Source: Nematocida ausubeli (lineage: Eukaryota). Taken from it: 64,000 bases of DNA. Location of the stretch: the NCBI RefSeq assembly GCF_000738915.1, contig NW_026515636.1, positions 459,175-523,174 of the forward strand, written 5' to 3'. Below, piece after piece: positions 20,896 through 31,697 of this stretch. Position numbers and translations under genes: made by a program. The notes beneath the pieces were generated by a model. The model did not search any database. It was not told the DNA's origin and saw only the letters and a list, made by a program, of their open reading frames with translations. Position 1 is the stretch's first letter; every line of letters starts with the position of its first letter.

Positions 20896-21753
20896 ATGAG
20901 TGAGTCTAATATTTCGAAGAGGCAAAATCAGCTAGAAGCAGAATCGAACACTGCTTCCAACCAACACGAGGATAGAATGCATAGCGAGAGTATTGGAAAG
21001 ACCATAGAGCTTGCTCAGAAAGCTTTAAAAGCTCTTCCATTGAAGAAAGGAAGTAAAATGAGTAAGATGAAATTAGGAATGATGGATATGGGAATTCCAA
21101 GATGGCCTTCATTAAAACCAGGCCTGAAGATGTTCACGGTATACGAAGAATTATCTAGTCGCAGCGAGACGGAAGAAAAGAGGATTTTTACTCAGTTTGA
21201 GTCTCACATAGCCCGTGTTGGAACATCTCTTGAGGATTGGACAAACGAACACTACGAGAAAGCTATAACAGTATTGCATGGATTGATCGATAGCGAACAA
21301 TTGTCGCCACTTGTGGATCCTCCACGGAAAGGAAATGGAACATGGGCAGAATGGGTTGATAGGTTCGTGCCCTACATTATTTACGGAGACTATACTTGGG
21401 AGGAGGTAGAGACAGAATTCCTGAGAAAATTTACAGAGTATCCTACAGGTTTCTTGGTCATTTGGAGAACTCATTCTCAAGAGCTTAATAAAAGTTTTAA
21501 GACTTTATACAGAGCAGCTCAGCGAATTGATGAGTTTAGCAAACCAGGGGAAGATTCCCAGAAGAAAGAGCTAAGGAATAAGAAGGATACTTCAAAGATG
21601 TCTTGTAGGAAATGTGGTACCATTGGACATATAGCTAGGAATTGTTGGAAGAAGAACAATAATAGTAGTGGGAATGACAATTTTGGAAAGTATGATTCCA
21701 AGAAAAGAAAGTTCGATGGGTTTAATAATTTTAAGAAGAAATTTCATTCTTAG
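20896..21753 (+). CDS. gag: Retrotransposon Gag with CCHC zinc knuckle
   Basis: CRKCGTIGHIARNC (CX2CX4HX4C). Located directly after the 5' LTR/leader. Confidence 0.88.
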   Translation: MSESNISKRQNQLEAESNTASNQHEDRMHSESIGKTIELAQKALKALPLKKGSKMSKMKLGMMDMGIPRWPSLKPGLKMFTVYEELSSRSETEEKRIFTQFESHIARVGTSLEDWTNEHYEKAITVLHGLIDSEQLSPLVDPPRKGNGTWAEWVDRFVPYIIYGDYTWEEVETEFLRKFTEYPTGFLVIWRTHSQELNKSFKTLYRAAQRIDEFSKPGEDSQKKELRNKKDTSKMSCRKCGTIGHIARNCWKKNNNSSGNDNFGKYDSKKRKFDGFNNFKKKFHS

Positions 21754-21761
21754 GCCACACT

Positions 21762-23354
21762 ATGACTGAGAACAAGCTAAGACCAATTGACTCCAGGATT
21801 ACGGAAGTCATGAAGATACCTAGACCACAGTCAGTTAAGCAAGTACGGAGTTTCCTTGGTAAGATAAACTATATGGGAAGACATATCTATAATCTATCAA
21901 GTTTGAAAGCACCGTTGAATGAATTCACCAAGAAAGGTAAGAAATTCATATGGGAAGAAAGACATCAACAAGCCTTTGAGAGTCTTAGAGAAGCAATTGC
22001 TAAGATTATAGCTGCAACAATCCCTGATCCAAAGAAGAAGTATACGCTGGAGACAGACACATCGGACACAGGTATGGGTGCCGTGTTGAGACAAGATGAG
22101 GATGTCATTGGATTTTATTCGGCTAGGTTGAAACCTGAGCAGCAACGCTATACTATTACTGAAAGAGAGCTATTAGCCATTGTATGGGCTACAGATAGAT
22201 GTAAGTCGTATTTACTGGGAAAACATTTCGATGTTATTACGGATCATAAGGCGATTGAGGCCTACTTCACGAAGAAGGGCGAAGAGTTTGGAAATGCTAG
22301 AATTGCACGATGGATGCAGTCCTTAGAGAATTTTTCTTTTACTCCGAAGTATAAGAGGGGGGAAGAGATGATAATCCCAGATGGTCTTTCACGACTTTAT
22401 GAAGTTCCTTCAAGAAAATTACATGTACCTGCTAAGTTAGAGCAAAGGGCGTACAGTGTATCAGTACTGACACAGTCAGATTATGATAGAGTAACAAGAA
22501 TTCATGAGGAATTAGGACACCGTAAGAGCATTAGAATAGATTTGGCAATGCGTGGTATAAATGTTACTAGTATGGAACTAAGGAAGATTTTGGAATCTTG
22601 TAGGGTGTGTCTAGAGAGAGACAATCAGTTTATGAAGCATAATGTTTATATTGATACTGATGAGCCAGGAGAGCTGATGGGCATCGATTTGATGGAATAT
22701 GCAAATAAGTATGTGATAGTGATGATAGACTATTATACTAGGATGGCTTTTGCTAAGGAAGTAGCAGTAAAGCAGGCAGACAAAATTAAGGATTTCGTTA
22801 TGGAAGTATACAAGGAATTTCCGTTTAAGAAGATCATAGCAGACAATGAAAAGGAGTTTGGGAATTCCGTATTGTTGGATTGGTTAGATTCTAAGGGAAT
22901 CGACATTCACTTTAGGCCACCTTACTATCGCGAAGGGATAGGGCGAATTAAAAGATTGATTCGAACCCTCAGAGAAAATCTTAATAGAAGTAAGGGTGCA
23001 CTTAGACGTAAGTTAGCACGGGTAGTTAGAGCATATAATGCTACAATACATCGAGCAATAGGGATGCCGCCTTTGCACGCCATGGATGTTAAGAACCGCG
23101 AGAAAATAGAATCTTCTATTACAAAGTATAAGCGGGAGTTCGGGAGAACAGAGAAACTGGAATTACCAGTAGGCCAGAGAGTACTGATCAGGAAAGAAAT
23201 ACGCACTAAGGATGATAAACATTTCGAGGAAATGGGGGCTATTGAGTCATTGGAAGGATATGACACTTACTGGATTAGACTGCCGGATGAAAAGCTTATT
23301 AAGAGAAATCGGAGTCAGATTAAACCCTATGGAGAAATTAGTGGTAAAAGCTAG
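21762..23354 (+). pseudogene. pol: Truncated Pol: RT thumb, RNase H and integrase only (no protease, no RT palm)
   Basis: FLGH precedes the ATG in frame; VRSFLGKINY; ETDTSDTGMGAVL, YTITERELLAIV, TDHK; HEELGH..CRVC; GIDL, IDYYTR, ADNEKEF. No YxDD or DSG/DTG protease motif at the expected position. Confidence 0.88.
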
Positions 23355-23759
23355 CAAGTTTAATGGATGACGTCAAAAGAGAATAAATGCTTCGGGCTTT
23401 ATTATAATTTAGACCAGTCGCTCTGGTGGAAGTTTCTTTCGAGAACTGTTATTTACCGTGTCGCTCAACTAAGAAATAATTACTGTGAGTGTAATTAGAA
23501 AGTAGGTCATGGGAGGCATATCCAGGTAAGTCCTCGGGAATATTCTTAGTTGTAGGAAGGTTGACTACACCTTATGACAGAGTTTGTATGGAGATTGGGT
23601 AAACAATCAGATAGTTGTAGTGCACGACAATGTATCAATCCAGCATCCGCCGTATTAGCCATCCTCAGGTGAGGTTTTTAGTTTTTCCTTTTGACAACTG
23701 ACGGTTGCAAGGGTTTTCTTTTTTTTAGGTAGTAAGCAAGCAACCCAGGTTTTATGCTT

Positions 23760-23769
23760 AGCGGGGGGA
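23760..23769 (+). promoter_or_regulatory. Polypurine tract of the LTR element
   Basis: AGCGGGGGGA immediately 5' of the second LTR start TG at 23770. Confidence 0.85.
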
Positions 23770-23814
23770 TGTTGGTTTTCCTTGCCTCAAGGGCATTGAA
23801 ACCTTTCTCTCCGG

Positions 23815-24143
23815 NNNNNNNNNNNNNNNNNNNNNNNNNNNNNNNNNNNNNNNNNNNNNNNNNNNNNNNNNNNNNNNNNNNNNNNNNNNNNNNNNNNNNN
23901 NNNNNNNNNNNNNNNNNNNNNNNNNNNNNNNNNNNNNNNNNNNNNNNNNNNNNNNNNNNNNNNNNNNNNNNNNNNNNNNNNNNNNNNNNNNNNNNNNNNN
24001 NNNNNNNNNNNNNNNNNNNNNNNNNNNNNNNNNNNNNNNNNNNNNNNNNNNNNNNNNNNNNNNNNNNNNNNNNNNNNNNNNNNNNNNNNNNNNNNNNNNN
24101 NNNNNNNNNNNNNNNNNNNNNNNNNNNNNNNNNNNNNNNNNNN
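23815..24143. other. Assembly gap (N run)
   Basis: Run of Ns that hides the remainder of the 3' LTR and the 3' end of the adjacent gene. Confidence 0.99.
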
Positions 24144-25286
24144 NTGCTCTTCCTCCCCGTCAGTCGCTATGTATTCGCTATCTAGATCCTCGTTGCACTC
24201 TGCGTCAGCCTGCTGCACTCTAGCCTCCAGAAGAGCAGCCACGCTCTCTGGCTTGGAAAGATTGCTCAGAAGGTCTGTGAACAGATGGGGGACTGGCAAA
24301 TGGTCTAGAGGCTCCTGTTCGACGTCTTGCAATGCAAGGCCTAGGACGGTTCTGATGTACTTTAGGGTTTGGCAGTAGAAGACAATTGTTCTTTCTGTTC
24401 TTGTTCCTTGCTTGTTCTCCTCAAACAAAGTCTTTATAATCGTCTTGTATAGGTCGGTGTATGCTGCCTGCAGTGGCTCATCAGACGAAAGCCAGTGACT
24501 TATGCACTCTGTAGGCTCAAGGGCCTCGGCAATGAGAAACTTAACTACATCCTGGTCCATGTCAGTAGGGGAAGCACTATCTGGAGTAGTATGAAATGCA
24601 AGCTCAATGTTCTTCAGTTGCTCGTGCAGATGGTTTCTCTTCTGCTTAAGATAAAAGAGTATAATGCCCGGGGCGTATGAGGCACATGGAATAAGAGAGG
24701 TGTTTTTCACGATGTCCTCTATTTCGCGGATAAACTCAGAGAGGCAGAAAACCACTGAGATGTCGTCCTTAGCAGCAGCCTTTGGAAGATGTGTCTCTTC
24801 TTCTGCGGTCTCTTCTGGAACTGCGAGCTCTTGGGCACTTGCTGCTTCTACTGGGACCAGAGCAGTCTCAGTGTGAGTTACTGGCTCTGCTAGTGCAATG
24901 CATGCTGGCTCCTCTGTTACCTCTGCAGGTGCTGGCTCAGGCTCACTTGCACCAGTCTCTGCTGGTACAGGTGCACTCGTCTCAGCTGGCTCACTTGCAC
25001 TAGCCTCAGCTGGCTGTTCTGCCAGATCTACACGGGAGTTGTTCCTAGAGGGGACCGAAGCATAGATGACTTCATCTGGTATTTCCTCTGTCACAGTGCT
25101 TGCAGAGCACATGGTGAAAATAGATGCAACTGTGTTGAGCTGGGTGCGCATCGCGTTAACTGTTACCTTACAAACAGCTTTTGCTTTGCGCCCTACTGAT
25201 CTGACATGCTTCCTAAGACCTTTCATTTTAGAAGATCTTTCAGGTGCTTCCAATTCATTTTCAGGTATTGAAACTAGTTCCGTCAT
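24144..25286 (-). CDS. Lineage-specific hypothetical protein (paralogue of 12270-13538), 3' end lost in the gap
   Basis: Same architecture as 12270-13538: basic N-terminus, EPAE-rich linker and shared helical core. Confidence 0.85.
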
Positions 25287-25853
25287 TTGATAATCCGCAA
25301 ATGCTCTTCCTATTTATCTTTTTTCTCTGAAACATAAACACACCGGTTGCTAAGGAGTGCTATGTTTTAAAAATATTGACCAGAAAATAGATCCTTCCAA
25401 ATGCAGGTCTATTTTCTGTGGTAAAAAAAGAGTAAACAGAGAATAAACAAAAGGAAGTTCAGAGTCTACTTTGCATATTTTTTATGCTCACAGTTTCTGT
25501 CTGCTCTGTGCTTCTGGAAGCTTGTATATGCAGAGTGTTCTCTGAAAATTGCAGAAAAAAATTAATTGTGAGGCCAGAATGTGCTCACAGCATCTGCCAG
25601 ACAGAAATAAATATTTTAATTTAAAGGCTACAAAAGCACATCAGTAAAGTCTGTTTTATTAAATCAGAGAAGACATGTATTTTTATAGAGTTAGTGCAGT
25701 GCTATACTGCAGGCAGAGGCACATATTTAGACACAGCGGTGGGCTGGCATAGAACTTCTCAGCACTATTTATATGTATAAATAGGCGCTGCTTACCCATA
25801 ATTGTTAGAATTTAAATGATTTTTTCTATCCATCATATATGAGATTCAAATGT

Positions 25854-26009
25854 CTTGGGCTGGATTTGATCTTTCTTGTGCGCGTGTGACCTCTCGTATG
25901 CACCAGTATAACCACAACAGCCCATCTCCTCTGGTTGAAGGGTCTTCAAACTTAGTGCTTTTTTCGATTTTCCCTGTCCTTTGCCAATTTTATTTAAAAA
26001 ACCTCTCCA
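25854..26009. repeat. 156-bp dispersed direct repeat, family A copy 2
   Basis: About 91% identical, ungapped, to 13682-13837. Confidence 0.92.
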
Positions 26010-26404
26010 TGCACATATATATTGACCCATATGCATACACTTTTATTTTCTAGACACAGATGTATTAAAATAGAAATCATATGAGGAAAGGCCTGAAGAC
26101 TATAGCTTGCAAGATGTGTAAGAAAGTACGCTGAGATGTATCATAGAAAGGCTTACAAACAAGAAAATTGAGACTTTGTGGCATGTAGAGCATAGAATGC
26201 TTGGTACTATATTGACCAGATGCAAGTTAATAGCAGTGTGTGAGAAGAATTCTGCATTAGCAATGTAGAATATAGGTCTAAGCAAGCAGATGCTGATAGA
26301 TTTTTTTACATAGTCTTCTAGCCAGACAAGCTAAATGGTTTAGTATAGCAGTGTGGCTTGATCATGTAAATGCAACATGTACTAATAATTTATTTTTACA
26401 GTTC

Positions 26405-27607
26405 ATGAAAGAAGAGAATAAGCAAACCTTCGTTCTTCTGCACGTGGATAGATACAATTCATTCATACAACCAGAGCTAAAAAGTCTTCTAGATAGTGCG
26501 CAAGGAAAATACTTAATACATAAAACGAGTATTGAGAGAGAGATAAAATATTCCATAGTCACAGCATGCCCATCAACCATAGAGCATGTTCTGGAAAAGA
26601 GTATGCTAATTAGTGAAGCTATAACAATGCTTAATTATGACCTACTAGAAAAAAGAAACAATGATACAAATGAGAGCACAAACATGAATATAATAGAAAA
26701 GCTAAATAGATCTTTAAATGCAGATGTTATTGCAAACATAAACAGTAAAATAGAGGGCAATTATAAAATAGATTGTATATGTAGCAGTAAGCCGCAAGCA
26801 ATTGAATATCTTATTAAAAAGATATGTGTGAACTATAGAGTGGATTTGAACAATCCAGCAAGCACTATAAGCGTTATAGAGGACGATGAATATTGCATGG
26901 TGGGCATGCTATACAAGAAAAGCAACAGAAAAGAGCTTTTGAAGTATTCAGTGAAGAACAGAAAATTTATAGGAAATACTTCAATGGATAATGAAATATC
27001 ATTTATCATATGCAATATGGCAGGAGTGTCGGAAAAAACAATACTTTGGGACTGCTTTGCAGGAAGTGGAAGCATTTTGCTATCAGGAGCACTGTGTGGA
27101 GCAATGGTGGCTGGAACAGACATAAATGACAAGCAGTTCAGAGGTAGAGAAGTAGCGCATACAAACTCTAGAATAAAAACTCAGCTTCCAAATACAAATA
27201 TCTACAGCAACTTCGATATGTATAACATAATTGATAAAGTAATGATGATAGGAGTGCATGATATATTCAGTGAATGTTTATTTAAGGAAAACACAGTAGA
27301 TGTAATCTTATGTGATCCGCCATATGGAGAGAGAGAAACCATTAAAAAGAAAACAACAGAGGCCAATGAATATGTAGAAGGAAACGATAAGTATCTTATC
27401 CCCTCAGTTCCTTTTTTTGGGAGAGTAATTGAAATAGGAAGAAGTGTCTTAAAGAGCAAGGGGCGAATAGGTATATTCATGCCGCACACAACAGGAACTA
27501 CCCCGAAGCTAAGAGAAATCAAAGGGTTTACTCAAGTAGCACAAGCAGAGCAGTATTTAAACTCACTTTATTCCAGAACATTCTTCCTATTGGAGATTAA
27601 TAAATAA
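26405..27607 (+). CDS. TRM11: tRNA (guanine-10-N2)-methyltransferase Trm11
   Basis: RKFIGNTSMD..SFIICNMA, DCFAGSGSIL, GTDI, CDPPYGERE. First ATG at 26405. Confidence 0.92.
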   Translation: MKEENKQTFVLLHVDRYNSFIQPELKSLLDSAQGKYLIHKTSIEREIKYSIVTACPSTIEHVLEKSMLISEAITMLNYDLLEKRNNDTNESTNMNIIEKLNRSLNADVIANINSKIEGNYKIDCICSSKPQAIEYLIKKICVNYRVDLNNPASTISVIEDDEYCMVGMLYKKSNRKELLKYSVKNRKFIGNTSMDNEISFIICNMAGVSEKTILWDCFAGSGSILLSGALCGAMVAGTDINDKQFRGREVAHTNSRIKTQLPNTNIYSNFDMYNIIDKVMMIGVHDIFSECLFKENTVDVILCDPPYGERETIKKKTTEANEYVEGNDKYLIPSVPFFGRVIEIGRSVLKSKGRIGIFMPHTTGTTPKLREIKGFTQVAQAEQYLNSLYSRTFFLLEINK

Positions 27608-28086
27608 AATTTCGACTACTATTCTACAATGACATGGATAAATAGGGCCTGAAACCTGCACGCGCATAACACTATATAGAGTAAAATAAACTCATAGCCC
27701 AAGAACTACTGTAGAAAGCATAAAGACATTTTCTTAAACGATAGGCTATTATCATACTACTTTCTATTTATAGGCATAATAATTATCAGTCTGATCTGCA
27801 TCCAAGCAATATAATTCTATTCGGATTATAAGGATAAAAACGATTGTTTCTGGATATATTCGCGCAGAAACTGAATATTTATTCTATAATGCAATGCTTT
27901 ATGTAGAAACCACTTTGTTATTATAGGTTGCTCAGAAGTAATTGGTTCTTGAAGCAGAAAAGCCTGCTTAATACACACAGGCTTTATTTTTCTATAAATA
28001 TGCTTAAAATTGTTTGCTATAATATACATGTAGTATATTCAGCAAAACTAGTTAATAAATATATTTTATTTCTGTACCTATCTTAA

Positions 28087-28404
28087 ATGGATGGGCTTGA
28101 TCTACAAAGTACAGTAATTAGTGTTAGTAATGAGAGAAATAAAGAAAATATACCAGAAAAGCACAAGCAACCCAGCAAAATAGCACTATATGCAAACATC
28201 TACAGCTCGCTAACAGAAGCATATGAAAGAATAGATAGCAATAAGATAAAATACGTAGTATTTGCAATTCTATATGCTCTGGCTATAGTAGTTTGCATCA
28301 CAGGAAACTATATATCGATTAAATACACCTTGCCAGCCTATCTTCTGCTTTATAGTGCAGTTTTGCTAATGATGCCAATATGCGAAGACAATGAAAGCGT
28401 ATAG
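28087..28404 (+). CDS. Small hypothetical membrane protein (2 TM)
   Basis: 105-aa ORF with AAATG start and two C-terminal hydrophobic helices. Confidence 0.6.
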   Translation: MDGLDLQSTVISVSNERNKENIPEKHKQPSKIALYANIYSSLTEAYERIDSNKIKYVVFAILYALAIVVCITGNYISIKYTLPAYLLLYSAVLLMMPICEDNESV

Positions 28405-29079
28405 ACTTGTTTCTAAATTAAAACTTAAAGGCAGGGTAGATTAGAATGTATTTTTGATTCTAAGACACTTACACTAGTTACTGCATAAAAAGACATAGCA
28501 AAATGTAAATAGTTCTATATGATGTTAAAGACATAATGTAAAAAGTGTATATAATATCAATTTAATTCAGTTTGGATCCTGCTTGCGTAAGAGAATAACT
28601 AAAAACTTAATTCCAATGAGTTTATTTATCTTATTAAGGCTCTATTTGCGACATCCTAATTGTAAGTCCTTATACAAAAGCTAACTCATCCATAGCCAAA
28701 AACATATATATATGGACACATATTTTTTTGTCTTATAATCATGTTTATTAGATGCCCATTCCATTAAAGTCAAAGTGTTTCTGTCTTAGCTATTAGGACT
28801 GCTGTGTATTTTGCTTAAAATATTATCTGGCTATGCTATAAAAGAAAATAAACATATATAACAATCAGAATATGCCCAAGCATATAATTTACAGGCCTTT
28901 TTATATAGTAGAATGTACCAAAAACATTTTATATTATAGAGAATTGTACCGCTTTACTTATTTTTACAATATTTTTATTTTGTATAGCAACGAAAGCATG
29001 TGTATTTAAAGATCTTATGTGGGGTTATAGGGCTTTCCTGATAAATATCATAGAAGAAACTCTGCCAAATGCATAATGC

Positions 29080-29289
29080 TTAGTGCATACTCCTTTCTAA
29101 AATATCTTCAAGCTCCTTCTCTTCTCTCTGAAGAATGCTTAATTGGCGGATTATAATGTCTGTTTTTTTTCGAATCTGGCTTTCCAATCTGTTTATCTTT
29201 CTATATATTATGTCAGTCGAGATTTCCTCATTGTCAAGTAGCTCTTTGTATAAGTTCTGTATATAAGAGTAGTCCTCTTTCCATTTCAT
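29080..29289 (-). CDS. Small coiled-coil hypothetical protein
   Basis: 69-aa ORF with AAAATG start and heptad-like charged sequence. Head-to-head with PMS1. Confidence 0.55.
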   Translation of the reverse strand: MKWKEDYSYIQNLYKELLDNEEISTDIIYRKINRLESQIRKKTDIIIRQLSILQREEKELEDILERSMH

Positions 29290-29294
29290 TTTTT

Positions 29295-31154
29295 ATGATA
29301 AAAATACTTTCTAATGAAGACACCGCTGCTATTCAGACAGAGCAAATACTTCCAGATATATACACACTAGTAAACGAGCTAATACGCAATAGTATAGATA
29401 GCAGCTCCACAGCGATAGTTGTTACAATATGCGCAACAAATAAAAACATAGTATACGCAGTGGAGGACAATGGGGCAGGAATAGAAGTGAATGAGCACTT
29501 TCTAATGAAAGGCGGAACCTCCAAGTACAAAGAGCCCAACAAGTATGGGTACAAAGGCATGGTGCTGTATTCGCTCAAAACAGTGAGCGATTTTACAATA
29601 AACACGAAAAACAACGGAAAAAGCACAATGATAAGCGCGAAAAATCAAACAGTTTGTGTATTGGAGGGATATAAGGACACAGAAGGCACTAGCATTAGCA
29701 TATCCAACTACTACGCACTAAAGCCTATTAGGCACAATTATTTGCTTAGCAATTTGAATAAAAATATGCAGCAGATTGTGGAGATGCTGAGAAAGTACAA
29801 CACAGTGCATAATGTGCATTTCAAGCTATATAAGAACCAGAACATATTGTATAACACTCCATACAATCTGCTAAACCAAAAAATGAGCATTACAGAAAAG
29901 CTCATTCAGATATACAATGTGCAGCGGTGTAGAGTTATAGTTTTTACAGGACGCCATTCCACTGTAGAGTACATTGTAGAGATGGAGTGTATCCAGGAAA
30001 TGAAGAAAAATAAAAGAGAAAGAAAAACAGTGGGGGTCATTCACAACAAAGTGCGGCTGTTTGAGAACAAAAGAATAGAGAAGGCATTGCACGATAGTGT
30101 AAATATAAATGGCAGGGTCTATTATAATATAGAAATAAATGAAGAGAAGGAAATATCAGTGTTATCTGAAATTGGCAGAATTAGTAAGTATAACATACAG
30201 AGCATAATAGAAAACAGTGGAAGCACTGAAAAGATTATGATCAACCTTAATGAAGAGGAGGTCAACCAAAACGCAGGCAGTAATAATGAAGTCACAAAGA
30301 CATTGGGCATGGAGAATGAAAAGCCTAATAAAATCGGGATTAGGAACGACATCATGCAGGCTGGTGTGTCTAAGAGCAGTAAAGTCGAGAATTTAGAAGA
30401 TGGTGCTGGAGAAGAAAGTGAGCGAAACATATGCGATCATAATAATAGAAACTTTGAGGAGGTGTATAGCATGTGCCCTGGAAAGACAAAAAAAGATGAA
30501 AGTGTGCAGGCGGTTGTTATAGATAAGAATGAATGTTTAGTGAGTCATAAATATGAGGATGGTATTGGGCTAAGCATACAAGAGATATCCATGCTAAAGA
30601 TAGTTGGGCAGTTTAATAACGGTTTTATACTGTGCACACTTGTGAAGGAAAGTAATATACACATGTACATAATAGACCAGCATGCAGCTGACGAGGCAGT
30701 GAATTACGAGCATCTGCGCAGTACTATTGTGTATAAGCGACAGAAGCTGATACACCCAATAGCAATAGGCATATCTGAGTATGATGCGCATTTATTAAGA
30801 GAAAACACTCGATGTATTGAAAAGCATGGATTTATTCTAAACGAAGAAAAAACACAAATAATAGAAGCACCAGCATATGAAAACACGATATTTGGAAGCC
30901 AAGAATTGCTAGAAATAGTTGAAAGAATAAAGGAGGGGCGGTTCAAAGAGGAAGAGCCCGTGATAGTTTTTACTAGCCTAAGAAAGGTGCTAGCAAGTAA
31001 AGCATGCCGATCAAGCATCATGATAGGAGATGTTTTAAATATGCAGCAAATGAATAAAATAGTAAAAGGGCTTTCAAAAACCACTAGGCCATGGAACTGC
31101 CCGCACGGAAGGCCAACCATTCTTCTTTTGCAAGGGAAAAAAGTAAAGTTATAG
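29295..31154 (+). CDS. PMS1: MutL-family mismatch repair endonuclease (Pms1/PMS2 type)
   Basis: GHKL N-terminus (ELIRNSID, DNGAGI, TSK). C-terminal GQFNNGFI, DQHAADEAVNYE, SKACRSSIMIG, PWNCPHGRPT. Confidence 0.95.
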   Translation: MIKILSNEDTAAIQTEQILPDIYTLVNELIRNSIDSSSTAIVVTICATNKNIVYAVEDNGAGIEVNEHFLMKGGTSKYKEPNKYGYKGMVLYSLKTVSDFTINTKNNGKSTMISAKNQTVCVLEGYKDTEGTSISISNYYALKPIRHNYLLSNLNKNMQQIVEMLRKYNTVHNVHFKLYKNQNILYNTPYNLLNQKMSITEKLIQIYNVQRCRVIVFTGRHSTVEYIVEMECIQEMKKNKRERKTVGVIHNKVRLFENKRIEKALHDSVNINGRVYYNIEINEEKEISVLSEIGRISKYNIQSIIENSGSTEKIMINLNEEEVNQNAGSNNEVTKTLGMENEKPNKIGIRNDIMQAGVSKSSKVENLEDGAGEESERNICDHNNRNFEEVYSMCPGKTKKDESVQAVVIDKNECLVSHKYEDGIGLSIQEISMLKIVGQFNNGFILCTLVKESNIHMYIIDQHAADEAVNYEHLRSTIVYKRQKLIHPIAIGISEYDAHLLRENTRCIEKHGFILNEEKTQIIEAPAYENTIFGSQELLEIVERIKEGRFKEEEPVIVFTSLRKVLASKACRSSIMIGDVLNMQQMNKIVKGLSKTTRPWNCPHGRPTILLLQGKKVKL

Positions 31155-31468
31155 GATAAGAAAATAGTCAAAGAAAGAAGCTCAAGTTTATCTTCCATCA
31201 TGTGCTTTATCAAGGTTTTTGCCAACTGTATGATTATTTGCGTCTAAGCATGCAGAACCCCATAATAAATAATTTCAATTAAGACTATACAAAAAGCAGC
31301 TCTTATCTTGAGTTCTACTATGAGAAATGAATAATCACTCTAATAAGCTAGGCTATACTTCCAGCTATAATCTTCTTATAAATAATAGAATTTCAATAAA
31401 ATTGTACAGACCTATAAAGAAGCATTCTTTGAAAATTCCCAGTATGAAGTGATGGCTCATGCATTCTT

Positions 31469-31618
31469 CTATTCTGGGATGGCTCTTGGTATGAAAAGAA
31501 TTATAAGATCCACAGCTGTGATAATGCCAAAAAGAACTAGAATAAGGATCCCAAATGTAGTCTCAGGATAGCCTGAATCCACCTTGTTTGGGCTATAGGT
31601 GCTGTTCTTACTTTCCAT
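31469..31618 (-). CDS. Small single-TM protein (49 aa)
   Basis: MESKNSTY...FGILILVLFGIITAVDLIILFIP. The ATG at 31618 avoids overlap with the divergent 31698 gene. Confidence 0.45.
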   Translation of the reverse strand: MESKNSTYSPNKVDSGYPETTFGILILVLFGIITAVDLIILFIPRAIPE

Positions 31619-31697
31619 CTCAAAGATTCTTTGCTCTGTTTCGCAATATAGAAAAGTATAAAACACAGCAAGCCAATGAATTTCTTTTCTATTTTCA

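Larger units (their letters stand above)
20575..23814 (+). mobile_element. Ty3/Gypsy LTR retrotransposon, internally deleted; 3' LTR truncated by assembly gap
   Basis: LTR start TGTTGGTTTTCCTTGCCTCAAGGGCATTGAAACCT at 20575 is repeated at 23770, preceded by a polypurine tract. gag followed by RT-thumb, RNase H, integrase order. Confidence 0.93.

Noticed and set aside
23754..24185. ORFs reading through the N run
   Set aside because: Artefacts of translating the assembly gap.
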